Part shown: positions 40,532-53,912 of the stretch, piece by piece
How positions within the stretch are numbered: the stretch's first letter is position 1
How the letters are laid out: the number at the start of each line of letters is the position of its first letter
Source: Tubiluchus corallicola
Lineage: Eukaryota > Animalia > Priapulida
Assembly: GCA_030141605.1 (NCBI GenBank)
Contig: JAQGDQ010000240.1
Location: forward strand, 124,001-188,000
DNA: 64,000 nt
Direction: 5' to 3'
Notes under the pieces: generated by a model
Told to the model about the DNA's origin: nothing
What the model saw: only the letters and a program-made list of their open reading frames with translations
The model's database searches: none
Made by a program: the position numbers and the translations under genes

Positions 40532-41447
40532 TTAGCATCCACAACCTCAGTGGCATATGACCTCAGCATCCACAACCTCAGTGGCATATGACCTCAGCGC
40601 CCACAACCTCAGTGGCACATGACCTCAGCACCCACAACCTCAGTGGCACATGACCTCAACACCCACAACCTCAGTGGCACATGTACTCAGCACTCACAAC
40701 CTCTGTGGCACATGACCTCAGCACCCACAACTTCAGTGGCACATGACCTCAGCACCCACAACTTCAGTGGCATATGACCTCAGCACCCACAGCCTCAGTG
40801 GCACTTGACCTCAGCACTCACAACCTCTGTGGCACATTACCTCAGCACCCACAACCTCAGTGGCACATGACCTCAGCACCCACAACCTCGGTGGCACATT
40901 ACCTCAGCACCCACAACCTCAGTGGCACATGACCTCACCACACGCAACCTGAGTAGCACATGACCTCAGCACCCACAATCTCTGTGGCACATGACCTCAG
41001 CACTCACAACCTCAGTGGCACATGACCTCAGCACCCACAACCTCTGTGGCACATGACCTCAGCACCCACAGCCTCAGTGGCACTTGACCTCAGCACTCAC
41101 AACCTCTGTGGCACATTACCTCAGCACCCACAACCTCTGTGGCACATGACCTCAGCACCCACAACCTCGGTGGCACATTACCTCAGCACCCACAACCTCA
41201 GTGGCACATGACCTCACCACACGCAACCTGAGTAGCACATGACCTCAGCACTCACAACCTCAGTGGCACATGACCTCAGCACTCACAACCTCAGTGGCAC
41301 TCGACCTCAGCACCCACAACCTCTGTGGCACATGACCTCAGCACCCACAACCTCAGTGGCACATGACTTCAGCACACCCACCCACAACTCAGTGGCACAT
41401 GACCTCACCACACACAACCTCAGTGGCACATTACCTCACCACAAGCA
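40532..41447. repeat. 31-bp minisatellite, about 29 copies (cacaacctcagtggcacatgacctcagcacc)
   Basis: Period 31 (units start at 40571, 40602, ...); variant blocks recur at +279 bp. Confidence 0.97.
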
Positions 41448-42259
41448 ACCATAGTATTTATAACCTCAACACACACCATTTTATGAACCGTAACGAGGAA
41501 TACCAAAGTTGCACATTATGTCCTCCTCGTGTCCCTCGAGGCGCTGTCATTAGCATCTCCAGTCCTGCAACCGCCATTGCAACAAAACCTTCTCAGATTC
41601 CTCATCCATTTACACGCTTTCCATAGCAACCGAGGCGCACAATCACTTGATAAACTAATGGTCATTGACGATTGTCCAATAAGTCGGCTGAGGATAATTT
41701 AGTTTGTGGTGACAGCGAGAGGCGTCTGAAAGAAGCTGCAGCTGCTAATAGCTGAAAGTCAACAAGTCCCTGAAGCCAGGTTAAACGTGCCCAAAATCAC
41801 TGCTTATCTGGGCGGATCTAGTACGAGAAGCCATGTTAAACGTGCTTAATTTGATGGCGTTTATAAACCTTTAGTAACACATACATATGTATATTACCAA
41901 AAAATCCGTTAAAACCTTGAAAATTGTCAATCTAATATATTCTAATATAATGAAACTCTTCAGAAGTTTGATTCATTTCATTTCTATTATACCAAACCAA
42001 TGGTATTTAGTGTAGATTGTTCTGACATACGCTAGCACAATATTAAATCACTATCATAAAGACTTTGTCTTTTACGAAATCTCGTGTATCGGACAAATAA
42101 TTTAAGGCTTCTAGATCAATGTGGTTTATTTTATTTCCTTTATTACGGGCAATGTTTAAATTAATTGATAAGTTTAAAACACCTTAATGCTAGTCCTTCT
42201 TTTATTTATTTTTTCAGCGGAATTATTTTACTCCTATTTATTTGGTTCTTGCTTTATAT

Positions 42260-42730
42260 TACGTCAGTTGAAGAAAAAACGTGCCGAAGTTTTGAAACTT
42301 CAATACATTTTCTGCGCCACCTGATATAGTACTTTTGATCTCAAAGTTATAAGAAATTACGGAATCACTTGACAATTAAAACACTGATATTATAGACGTT
42401 AATGGATAAACACGAAAAATTTTAGATCATTCCCTTCGATTTCTTTAAAGATGCAGAAGTTTCAAATAAACAAGTCAAAAAACTAAATGCCGGAAAAAAT
42501 TGTGGCAGTATTGTTGAAATTTACAGCAAGTTTGTCTACCATTTTCGCTGCAAATTAGACGAAGACGTTCTTCCAACAGCTGATACAGTTTCTCACTTCT
42601 TTAAAGAGTATTTGATCCCAGCACTCAATGGTTTTTGACTTTAGTTCCTCTGCATCAGACAACACTGTGCAGCTATTGTACACTTTCTTTTAAGGGAATT
42701 CCAGATACGGTAATCCAGAGGATTAAGCCC
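42260..42730 (-). mobile_element. Tc1/mariner transposase C-terminal relic with probable element end
   Basis: The minus strand of 42530-42727 gives LNPLDYRIWNSLKR/KVYN...AEELKSKTIECWDQI...VRNCISCWK/RLRLICSENG, matching the SPDLNPxD..W..LK..V and later helices of Tc1/mariner transposases. Two frameshifts. The terminus near 42260 is tentative. Confidence 0.8.
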
Positions 42731-43044
42731 CATTTTTCCTGTGGTGAAAACCATCACATTAACTGACAGATTTGTTTATGCTTTGCTCCCATGTATTTAG
42801 TGCTCTATACGTCAACGCGTGTATTTTTCAGTTGATGATTATACTTAACATTGTATATTGTTTCGGCATTTCATTTTTAACATGCAAAAGTTTTTAGCTA
42901 TAGCTTAAAAAGCACTAAGACTATAAATTTGTAGCTCTCACAGCCAAAAGTTAATGTACTTTAAATGTTTATCACACAATTGCAGTCTAAATTTTGGCAC
43001 ATTGCTTGCACACCATCCAATATATGCATTACAAAAATAACTTA

Positions 43045-43221
43045 TGGTGCGTTCAAACTAGAGAAATTTCTCTCGCAAGTTCTCTCTGAGAGAAAACTCG
43101 CAAGTGTGAACGGCTTTGCAAATTCTCTTGCAAGAACTTGCGCAGCCGTTCACACTTGCGAGTTACTCTCAGTGATAACTTGAGCAAGAACTTGTGAGAG
43201 AACTCTAGTCTGAACTCACCA
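43045..43221. mobile_element. Palindromic PIF/Harbinger (Tourist-like) MITE, 177 bp
   Basis: TTA|tggtgcgttcaaactagag ... ctctagtctgaactcacca|TTA, plus a perfect internal inverted repeat actcgcaagtgtgaacggct / agccgttcacacttgcgagt. Confidence 0.88.
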
Positions 43222-44401
43222 TTAATACTAAACTCATATTACTAAGAAGCCAAACTAATCCAGTCAAATATCACTACGAGGGCTGTTCACTGTTCGTGAG
43301 GCTTGAACAGTACGAGTAGCAATATTTATCACCAAACAAGCTCAACATAGTTGCTCATGAAAGTTGTTTTAATTTATAATGTCAGGATAGACTAATCCAA
43401 AAGGAAAAGAGTCTTTATAGCAAAGAAAAAAGCAGTTCAATCCAGTAACCAAGTCATGACCTCTGATTGGCTGATCACTATTGTAACTGTTTTCGTTGCC
43501 ACAAATCTTACTGACTTGTTTAGGACTGTAGAATCTCATCTTAATCCACATTTCTTAAACATTTTATTTACCAACCAAGAGATCGAAAATATTTTGTTCG
43601 GAATGCTCCAGGGTGACCACCAAACTAATCCAGCTAGCTTCTAGAACATCTTGCGTTCCATTTTTTCCAGATTACGCTTGCTGATTCTTATGCTTTCTGG
43701 TATGAAAGGGTTCTACAATATTTTGTTTCTACATTATAAGTCGCATGGTTACTTGTATTCTGCTCTATCTGTTTCAGCTATTGTTAGAAGAAACAAAGGC
43801 AATGCAAAAGCTTTAGATAAACCACATATGCATTATTAGAGATGTAAATTGTGTTACTACTTAACCTAACGCTCATATATTCAGTGAAACTTACCTTCAT
43901 AATTAGAACCTGTAGGCTATCCAACCTTACACTTATAATTGACTCTGTGGAATCAGTGGCCATTCTAAGCAGCATTAATGCATGACTGTGGCTAAAAAAA
44001 ACTATTATTCTTGCATTAGCTAATCTGAGTGTGCATAAAAGCAATCAATACAAGACTATTATCAATGGAGATAGGTCAGTCAGTGAATATGTCAACCACT
44101 CAGCAATCATAGCAGGAAAGTAAGCCCTTGGTAAATTAAGGGTCTCCAACTCCCTAATCCGTTTTCATTCACCAAGCAGTAACATAAACCGCTTATTTCG
44201 CCACAGTAAATCGAGAACCCATATAGTTATGGCGAGTCTTTAATATTAATTAACGTCATTCTGTGCTCTCCACTGAATCAAGGCTATACTTTCATTAAGC
44301 ATGGTCTTCATTGAATCAAGATCTGCGTTTTTACTGTGTTGTACTGAGGAAAGAAGTTCTTCTTTTGCATGAACCGATAGATTACGAGAATAACGTACGT
44401 A

Positions 44402-44595
44402 TAGGGTAAAATGAGCTATGAGAATGTATCGTACACAGGCTAATCTCGGACAGTGAGCTCAGGATTTACTAATAATAACTAAGGAATATAGACACCACTT
44501 TTTTATTTTCCTTTATTAATAAAGACGCTAAGGATTATTTTTAAAACTTATTGTCCTACATTGGCCTTTGTACGACATTTGCTCATTTTACCATA
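44402..44595. mobile_element. TA-target MITE (Tc1/mariner/pogo-type), 194 bp
   Basis: TA|tagggtaaaatgagc ... gctcattttaccata|TA, a 14/15 TIR match. Confidence 0.75.
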
Positions 44596-45193
44596 TATGT
44601 TATACTTATAGAAGTATTGACTGCCCACCCAACGCCAGATAGTTTCACATATAGCTTAGATGGTGCTATCCGGAAAAACACTATTAAATATTTTTGCAAG
44701 TATATGAACTAGAGTTACTTGAGCTATCCTATTTTCCCATAAAATCTGTGAAAATTTGACTGACTTAGGCATCTTCGCTACATGACAAATATATGCTCTG
44801 AAAAATTTAATATAGAATTAATTAGAAATGTAACTATATTTTTTGCTCAATTTTATAATCAAAACTTTAAACTTATGTCTACGTCATTTTATTAAGTCAC
44901 TTATTGTCGGAGTGTGTTTGGAGTATCGTAACAGTGTGCCAACAAGGTACAAAATGCATTTTAATCAGGGCCATTGTTGCGTTAAGTTGTGAAAGGTTTT
45001 CACGCAAAATACGTATGTGTATTACACTAATAATCAACGTTATAACAGTTAAATAGGCTTACAGATAAATAATCGAAAACTGATATGGTAAACAAAATAA
45101 TTTTAAATAAACGAACTAAAATAAGCTTTATTTCAGGATAATTGAAGCCCTGTTTGGAACTCGGAAGGGATGATTTCAAAATTCCAAACATAG

Positions 45194-45454
45194 TGCATAG
45201 TTTTTATATCAACTTTAAAGCTAATAGGGTTACATAAACAATATAAACCACGGGGAATACAATATACTCGCAAACTGAAAACTCTACTGCTGACTGCAAA
45301 CCGTTTAAGCCACAGTACTATCTCAGTAATGAACACTGATGAAGACGTCGCTTCGTACCCTGATTGGCTAAAATTTGTGTTGCTTGCTGATCTGAACAGG
45401 GAAAGAGATTCGCGGCCTGACATATTTCTCTCTGCAACTGCACCGCTGCCGTGA
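45194..45454 (+). pseudogene. Possible LRR-coding fragment (86 open codons, no early start)
   Basis: ISTLKLIGLHKQYKPRGIQYTRK-LKTLLLTANRL contains one perfect LxxLxLxxNxL and a partial unit 23 aa upstream. The antisense frame is also open (45133-45513). Confidence 0.3.
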
Positions 45455-48400
45455 TACACCATGTACCTCGTCCGATGAGTTAACATCGTATTTACGAGAT
45501 CAGTATGAAACATCGCTACATATTTTATAAATTAAAAAATACGCAAAAGGCAAAATAATGAAATAACAATGGGGGTCAGGGTTTGTACAGTTGTGGTCTT
45601 TAAGATCTGTTACCTGTGTATATGTATATTACATACATATGTATTAGCAATAATATACACTATATACATTTAAAGCCCTTTATGTATTTCGATAAAAAGG
45701 TTTAAATAGCTGCAAGCATTATTTATGTAGATGATTTACATTAAATAAAATTTATCTTTACGGTAGCAGTCTACACGGCAATAAGAACAGGATTTAGGCA
45801 ATAACCCCGAGGGTTCCAATGTCAGTGCAAGCAAACGTAGTCTTTGATATTTATATATCGGTCGTAGTTTTACACATATTATAACAAAACATTAATCATT
45901 TGCAATTTAGAAAATTAGAAATTACCTCCTAACTGTATGAAAGATCTCACTCTCATATCCAGTAATAGTATGTTTAAACATTTATTTATATGTTAATTCT
46001 CTTGTTTTCTAAATAATTTGCAGGTGTGAAGAAATCCTCCCATGTTGATAAGATACATGGCTGAAGTAGATACGGCTAAATGCAATCAAATATTCCTTGT
46101 AGAAGACAAATAATCGACATTTTTTTATTAAAGACAGATTTTCAATTGTTTTTCCTGGTTTAGGAAACTGAGAAAGACTAACATAAGGCTAGGAAACCGA
46201 GAAAGGTTTTTCTGAATATAAACTGGGAAAGAATGCAGGTTAATCTGTCAGCCATCTCTTTATTTCCACAAAGAGTTATTTTATTACTAAACACAGGTGG
46301 AATTGAGTACGTCTTTCCCACAGTTACATCACTTGCGATTGCAATAAAGTGTAATAGTTTAAATGTAATAAAGCACGATGACTTGAACAATAAAAGGGAC
46401 TCGACGCATTCGATGACGGTTTTATTAGAAGTAATCTACATGATATTATCCTTTACGTAATACTGCATGACAACTGAAAACCCAGCTGTGACAAACATAA
46501 AGCAGCAACATTAAAAAATCCTAAAATCAATACAGAAGCTACGTTCGTTCCAGGTTTGGTTAATAATTTTCAAAGATCTAAATAGGTCTAAGTTAACATT
46601 CAAATCAAATTTCACACAGTTGCTGCATTATCATTATAAACTCAAGATAAGGTACTCAGCATGACTCAAAGTCAAATTCATTAGTTTCCGAGCATTTCCA
46701 TAAATTGGTCGTCAGACTCGCTGTCCTGAAGTTTATTATCGTACATTCAACAGTTGAATGACAATGACGATCATTGTGCTACGATTTTCATAACTATAAG
46801 AAATTTATGGATTAAATGATGGAATATCCCATTTTTTTCTTTTAAAATACCAACTTGTGATATTAAACGAGTAAAAATTTAGTGGGCTAGCGTTTGACCA
46901 TCATATATTGGGTGGTAGACTGATTTTATTGTTAAAAGCATGATAACATTACTTAGCAGTCTATTGCAAGCTCCCATATGTCTATCGCAGCGATTTTATT
47001 TTGCGCAGGTATACCACACTCTTTTTCATAATCATGCAGTGATTGATGTCTCTGTTCTAGAGTCAACGACTTCAACAGACTGAAAAGTTCTCAAATAACG
47101 AGTATACATGTATATATATATATATAAGAGGTTACCACAAAAGAAATGTTGTTAGTCACTTACCTGCAAAGAAAATTGGAAATCAAATTAGTAAGTCACT
47201 TATGTGAAACACTTTATAATTAATAAATCAAAAACGCGTGCGAACATGATTTACTCGCGAGCGGAACCACTAACGAGCCATTATACCTTGTACAATATCT
47301 GTGCAAGCAACATAATGCAAATCACATTATGTACAATGAGACATAACAGGACTTACAATGGTGAAGCCAATCAAGATATATTGACTGCGCGGATTGAAGA
47401 AAAGTAGTGCCATTAACAGCTCACATATTGAGATTAAAGATAACTTGCAGTTAATTCATTATTTCTTGATTTACACATACGCAGTGATATGCTTGTTCTC
47501 GCGAAAGTATAAGCCTATGATAAAATTATACGTCGCTAAAGTGACTCCTCCTATTATACCTCCTGATTGAACCTTTACTTACAGCAGGACAACGATATCT
47601 TCTGGTAGTAATGTATTGCTGCCTCTTTTCAGTTGTTCGGCTATTAATTGCTCTCACAAAACGAATCACAACTGCTCAAATTAGTAAACTCGTGAGCTAC
47701 AAAAAATCTAAGTTGGAAACTTAAGTGGTTTTCTAACTTGCGGCAGGGCAATTTATTGCTTGGTTGGTCATTTTTATTTGCTAGCCCCCTGACCAGCTGA
47801 GACTTGTGTTGTTATTTGAACACATAATGCAATGCCAAGACAAAATTATTTTTGTGAAACGTCGGATGAAAAGTGGAGGTGCTTCCTGAATTTCACTCAG
47901 GCTTACCAGTTTGCACATTTTTATTATTAACGTAGGTCTATTTAACATTGTTTGGTCAAAGTCACAGTAAAAATGGTTAATTAAACAAAACCTCAAATCA
48001 AATTTACAAATGAAATTAAAACTGTTTCAAATTTACATATAGGTGCTTATGCAAGTTTAGTGACATTAAGCCAGTGGTCTCTCGTAGAGACAGACACAAA
48101 GCGAGAAACCGGCTACTGACCCTGATGGTTAACTAGTTGACTATTTCCCCTGCAGAGCTTCTGAACATCAGTTGAGAAGCCAATTCTATTTTGTTTGATG
48201 AAATGCCGTCTTCTGCCGGGTTACTGCGCGAGGCTTCCGCGGATATATAAGCATTAACACCCTTTCATCAGCGGGGTTTCTCATCAGCGTTACTCAATTC
48301 AGTCATGGGGGAAGGTTTCCTGGTCACGGTTAGCTGACTTTCTCGTCCTGTAGATTTATGGATGGTTTCTAGCTTCTAAACAAGCAGGAACATAAAAAAG

Positions 48401-51400
48401 CAATCAGGAAACTAATCGAGTCGCTGTGTCATTACCGGATCATGTTTAATCTGTCGTTCAGCACATTTGGAAACAATCAACAAGTGAATTTACGCATAAC
48501 CTAAAAATACTAAGCAAACGAATGAAACGATGCAACACAATACCATGCATACCATACATGTCAAAGAGAGATGATATTCTAGGTGCAACTGCATCAAAAC
48601 ACGATGCCAAACTTTTTTCATCATATAAATAAAGCAGCAAATGTGAATGTAGTTTTTTTTATTTTACTACGAAAACACCAAGCAACAACACAATATAGCA
48701 AAACACATTATGATAACATCGTATACATAGTTATATTAATTTTATAATAAAATTTACATGGCATGATATCTATATAAGTTGTTGCTTGCATTATAGTCAG
48801 AAGCATTGCTTGTGTGACTATAATGAAAATTTAAGATATGAGTATTGCATCTATTCATTGATTACAAGTATTTATTTTAAGCAGGTAATATAGTTGTGAG
48901 TGTAAGTGTAAGCGACATTTGTAAGAAATATCGGATTGCACGATAATCATTGCTGTGCAGTTCACCAGTCACTGAGCTTGGTCACTTTTAAAAAAGTTCT
49001 ACACAAAATGCATCGTAGGACGAAGTATTCTTATATGGTGGTCGAGTCAACTCTGTCCCCACACTTATTTATAGTAATAAGTCAACTAAATTGTCAAAGA
49101 GCACTTCTTCTCAAGGATGCTGGTAAATAACCCACAATACACCACCCGCTGTAGAATAGAGTGTGAAATGAAGAGGTATATATATCGCAAAAAATGTACC
49201 TATATATTTAACTTAAAAACTCAACTTGGAGTCAGTCAGTCGGCAGGTCAATTTCGTTGTTAAATATTATTCTAAAAAGAGGTTCAAATTGCTCGAAAAT
49301 TGCAAAACGAAAAAGAGGCCAGTCCATCTCAGGAAACGAAACGGAAGTTAAGAGAGGGAGAGCAGAAGAAAGAACGAGAGAGAGAAAGAGAGAGAGAGAA
49401 AGAGATGAATGTAAAGGATTTAACTTTATGGTTAAAAACGATTATAAGTATTCATGCTAAGCAATCGGAATCAACCTTAACAGGAAATAAACTGTAAACA
49501 CTGGCAGCCGGAAATGAAATCGAGAAACTGCAATTGGGTTTTGGATTACCATCTAATTAAACCACCAGAGGAGTGCAACTCGTACTTGCAAGAGTGACGC
49601 ATACAAAGTAATCTTATATGTATCTTTAAATTGTCCTAGTCTAACAATCTAAGTGTCTAACAATATCAATACTAACTTTTTTATGCGAGCATGCATAAAA
49701 TAAAGACAGGAATCAAATTTAGTGTGCGAAACGCTAATGGTGGCAAGATCAAATGAAAAAAATTGATCAAATCAACCTTGAGGTGGGACAGTAAATTTTA
49801 TTTTTATAAATAGCTACACGATTACTGTATTTATAAAAACTGAATTATGTGGAAGGATTTCTGCACACAGATCTTGCTATAGCAGTAACGACAGTTATGC
49901 ACACTCATTTTAACGGTTACAGTTAAGAAATATTAAGAACATTCAAATAACATTGCTTATAAAGTTTGAAAAATTGCAGTGCACACCTCACTAATAACAA
50001 AGCAAAAGTATTAATTGCTTTACTTCATCGATAATATTAATAATATGATTTTTGGAAAGCCACTCTTGTTTCTGGTGCACACTGAATAGTGAGCTAGTGA
50101 CGTTTTAGCAGTTTCCGCGAACACTTTAAATTACTATGAATTTTCTTTTCCAGTTACATTGTGTCTTTCTAACAGGTAAGCGTAATGCAATACAACTTGG
50201 AAAGTTTTTTTAGGACATAATATAAAATATCCTTTTCTTCCCCTATAAACAAACCGACAATCAGCAGCATGTCCTCCATGTTGTTCATATACCGACAAGT
50301 GAAATACGAATTATAATAATGAATTGTACGAAATATTGAATAATGAACGATTATACAGAGCTTTTATACTTCACAATTTGTTTTTATACCGCCGTGCATA
50401 TTTGATAATTTCCTCAACTTGCTGAAGCCGCTAATATTTCTCTGCTACAAATGTAGAGATTCAAATTTTAAGGGACTTTTGACACTATTAGTGAACAGTT
50501 GACGCAAACATGGTGTTGCCTTACAACTTACAAGCTCAGTAACTAATAATATAAAACTGCATTAGTGAACTTCAATTTCGTTTAAGTAACCTTGGGTGAA
50601 GTTCGAAAAAATGGAGTACTAGTAATTCGAAAAAAATGGAGCACTCGTATCACACTCTTCGCTAATTAAGCAAAAATATGAGCAACTTTATATTCTCAAT
50701 AGGATCAAAAATGTGTTTCTTGGTGAGCCACTGTTGCACACTGGGATGGCGACACCAGTTAGCGCGAACATTTTAGTTTATTAAGAATTTTTTTCCAATT
50801 AAGTAAGTCTTTCAAGCAGATAAGCATAACGCTAAATAATATAAATTCGCGTGGAAAGTTCTTTGGAATACACTTCAAACTTCTTTTCCCTTTCTTCCCC
50901 TTTCACAAAACAACAATCTTAATTTGTTTTAGACTTTAATTGGCTGAAACAATCCCTGGTGTTAAATTGAGAAGTGTGGCTTCAGTCTATTTAGGCTAGC
51001 TAGCAATTCATTGCTTAGTTTGTCCAGTTACGAAGTGCATTTCTATTTTGCCGTTTAGTTGAGATTTTATCGTATTATTTCGTTTGTCTGACAGCAGCAT
51101 TTCATAATTTGCAAACTTCGGCTTGGTTTAACATTTCACTTAAAACTTCAAAGTATAAGCATACAAAACTGTCTGTCACTTCCTCATTAGACAAAACCAT
51201 TAAAGTGAAATCTGAAGGCGAGTGAAAATTTTGCTTGTTGATGGGGGCGGTTCAGAACTTAGGGCGGCTCACTATTACAGAAAAATTTTCAAGTCGACAA
51301 GCGAACAAGCACATGAATAGAAGTGAATTAACAAAGAACGAATGAACGAATCAACCAACCAACCAACCAACGATCGAACGAACGAGTGAACGAAGGAACG

Positions 51401-52507
51401 GATGCAAAAAAGACAAACAAGAAAGGAAACGAAGTATTAAGCATGCAACTATATGTATGAATAAATGACATAAAATTCTACTTTTGTGGATCTCAACAAT
51501 TCCAACTTTCAGTTAGCCGTCTTTGATTCAGTATATCAGTTGTTGTTAAACGAGACAAAGACGTATACTAAACGACAAATTTAGTTAGCATTAAAACATG
51601 CGCATTGGTAAAACTTCATTTGAGGGTAATGTTGTGTCTATGTAACTTGCGGATGGGGATGCGTTTTGTGGGGTGCGGAATAGTCAAAATCGGTTTATAC
51701 TTCTTTTCAATGCACCCGTTTATGCAGCTTATGTGCGTTTTTCTTTTTTGCATTTATTTCTTATTAAATTTTCCCCCTTATTGATTTCGGTACTATTCGG
51801 CAGTTGAAAAACGCATCGGCAATTACATAAACGCCACTTAATGCAGTTTAGTGTGCAATTTGCACTAATTGGGTAGTTTAAATTTCGTTGGTAGATAATT
51901 TTCAAGTCTTGCAACAACAACAACCATTCTGATGAATCTAGATGTTGCTGATGTAAGTACTATTTATGACCTACTAACTCCTAGTAACAACGTCATGTTC
52001 GTGCTCTTCTATTGAACGTGAGTGCTTCAGAAGAACCTTGTGAATTCAAGAGAGACGAACAAACAAACTAAGCTGTCAAAAAGGAAACCAACCAGTCAGT
52101 TATCATCAGTTTGGTAAACGCTTTGAGTACTTTTGAGTCCAAAAATTTTACTGATTTTAGATATCGTATCAAAATGATGACCAAGAATCTTTAAGCGATT
52201 GCATTAAAGGCAAAAACATGGTACTCTATCCATATGAAGCTGAATCCTGCGTTGGTTTAGCATCCGATTTATATTGCAAATTCTCCTGATTCATTAAAAA
52301 TTAAATTCAATCGTTTGAAGCAGATTACCAAAAAGTTGAGACAGGAAGGTGGCAAAGCCACCGATCCCTAGTATAGAGTGTACCTCCGACAGTATAAGCG
52401 TACAAGATGAAGAGCATTTAATTTTGACACTACAAGAAGAAGACGAATTGCATTGGGAACAAATGTAACATCACGTTAAATACTTGGTTTTTGTAAATAG
52501 TTGGAAA

Positions 52508-53056
<549 letters not shown>

Positions 53057-53775
53057 ACAGCAGCCCGTCAAGCAAAACAAACAAATGATGACCGAACAAT
53101 CGAAAAGAGAACCAATATTGGCACACAATTAGAAAAAGCAAAAATGAAACAGCACACAAGGGAACGACGAATGAAGCGAAACAACTAAATAAAAAATAAA
53201 TGAGACTGTGACGGAAAGCATAAATAAACGAATTGTTAAACGCATGAACAAACTTTTGAGGAAACTAACGACTGAGCTAGAAAGCAAATGAACTGGAGAA
53301 CACAAACAGACAAATACGCTTTATATACCCACTAGGACTTCTACAGGCGGCTCCTTATAATAAATCGTAAACACATTCTACAAACAAGCTTAATTACGAT
53401 AAAAGTTCAAGCGAAGGAAGCCCATGCAAAATTCCCACGAACGTTCATCAGAGCCACAGTCCTGGGAGAAATCTGCTCATTTCATCAGCAGATTGAAACC
53501 AGTTGATTTGTGTCCAGTCCGCCTGACATCAAGCTACTGTCACTAATGCCACTGTTGGCTCTCAGAGAACGATTGAGGTTAAATTCTATATCAACAAACT
53601 GATTGCATTTCCCGTGATTAATAAGCTGGAGGATATGCAATCAACTCAATCAGTTCTATATACAGTATCAGAACAGCCTGCGTAGTGTGGCTGTGTAGAT
53701 ACACAATTTACTGGTAAGATGTTAAATGTGTAGTCATTGAAAAATGCAACAATCTGAATGCATTTTTCGTTATAG

Positions 53776-53912
53776 GTACTTCCAAACTAGGATGACTGGT
53801 CCAGAATGTGTATCACCAAGTCAAGCGAGAAATTTTTCATGGACTCATGTCATAATTCATCATCCAATTTTCAGCAATACTGTGGCGTACGTAGTAGTAA
53901 AGTTTAAATACG
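53776..53912 (+). CDS. Candidate 137-nt internal exon, unknown protein
   Basis: tgcatttttcgttatag|...aaatacg|gtaagt with exactly one open frame (YFQTRMTGPECVSPSQARNFSWTHVIIHHPIFSNTVAYVVVKFKY). No homology recognised. Confidence 0.25.

Noticed and set aside
40532-41447. CRISPR array or repeat-protein exon
   Set aside because: Units are contiguous with no unique spacers, there are no cas genes, the period is not a multiple of 3, and units contain TGA stops.
43893-43907. Further tiny AG..GT pairs (15 nt here; also near 7127, 17240, 29392, 51950, 56117, 63885)
   Set aside because: Weak pyrimidine tracts; several such pairs are expected by chance in 64 kb of AT-rich DNA.
48195-48300. Hammerhead ribozyme or Penelope pseudo-LTR (two CTGATGA on the minus strand)
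   Set aside because: I could not build stems I-III around a CUGAUGA/GAAA/UH core; the resemblance to Penelope ends is too weak without a search.
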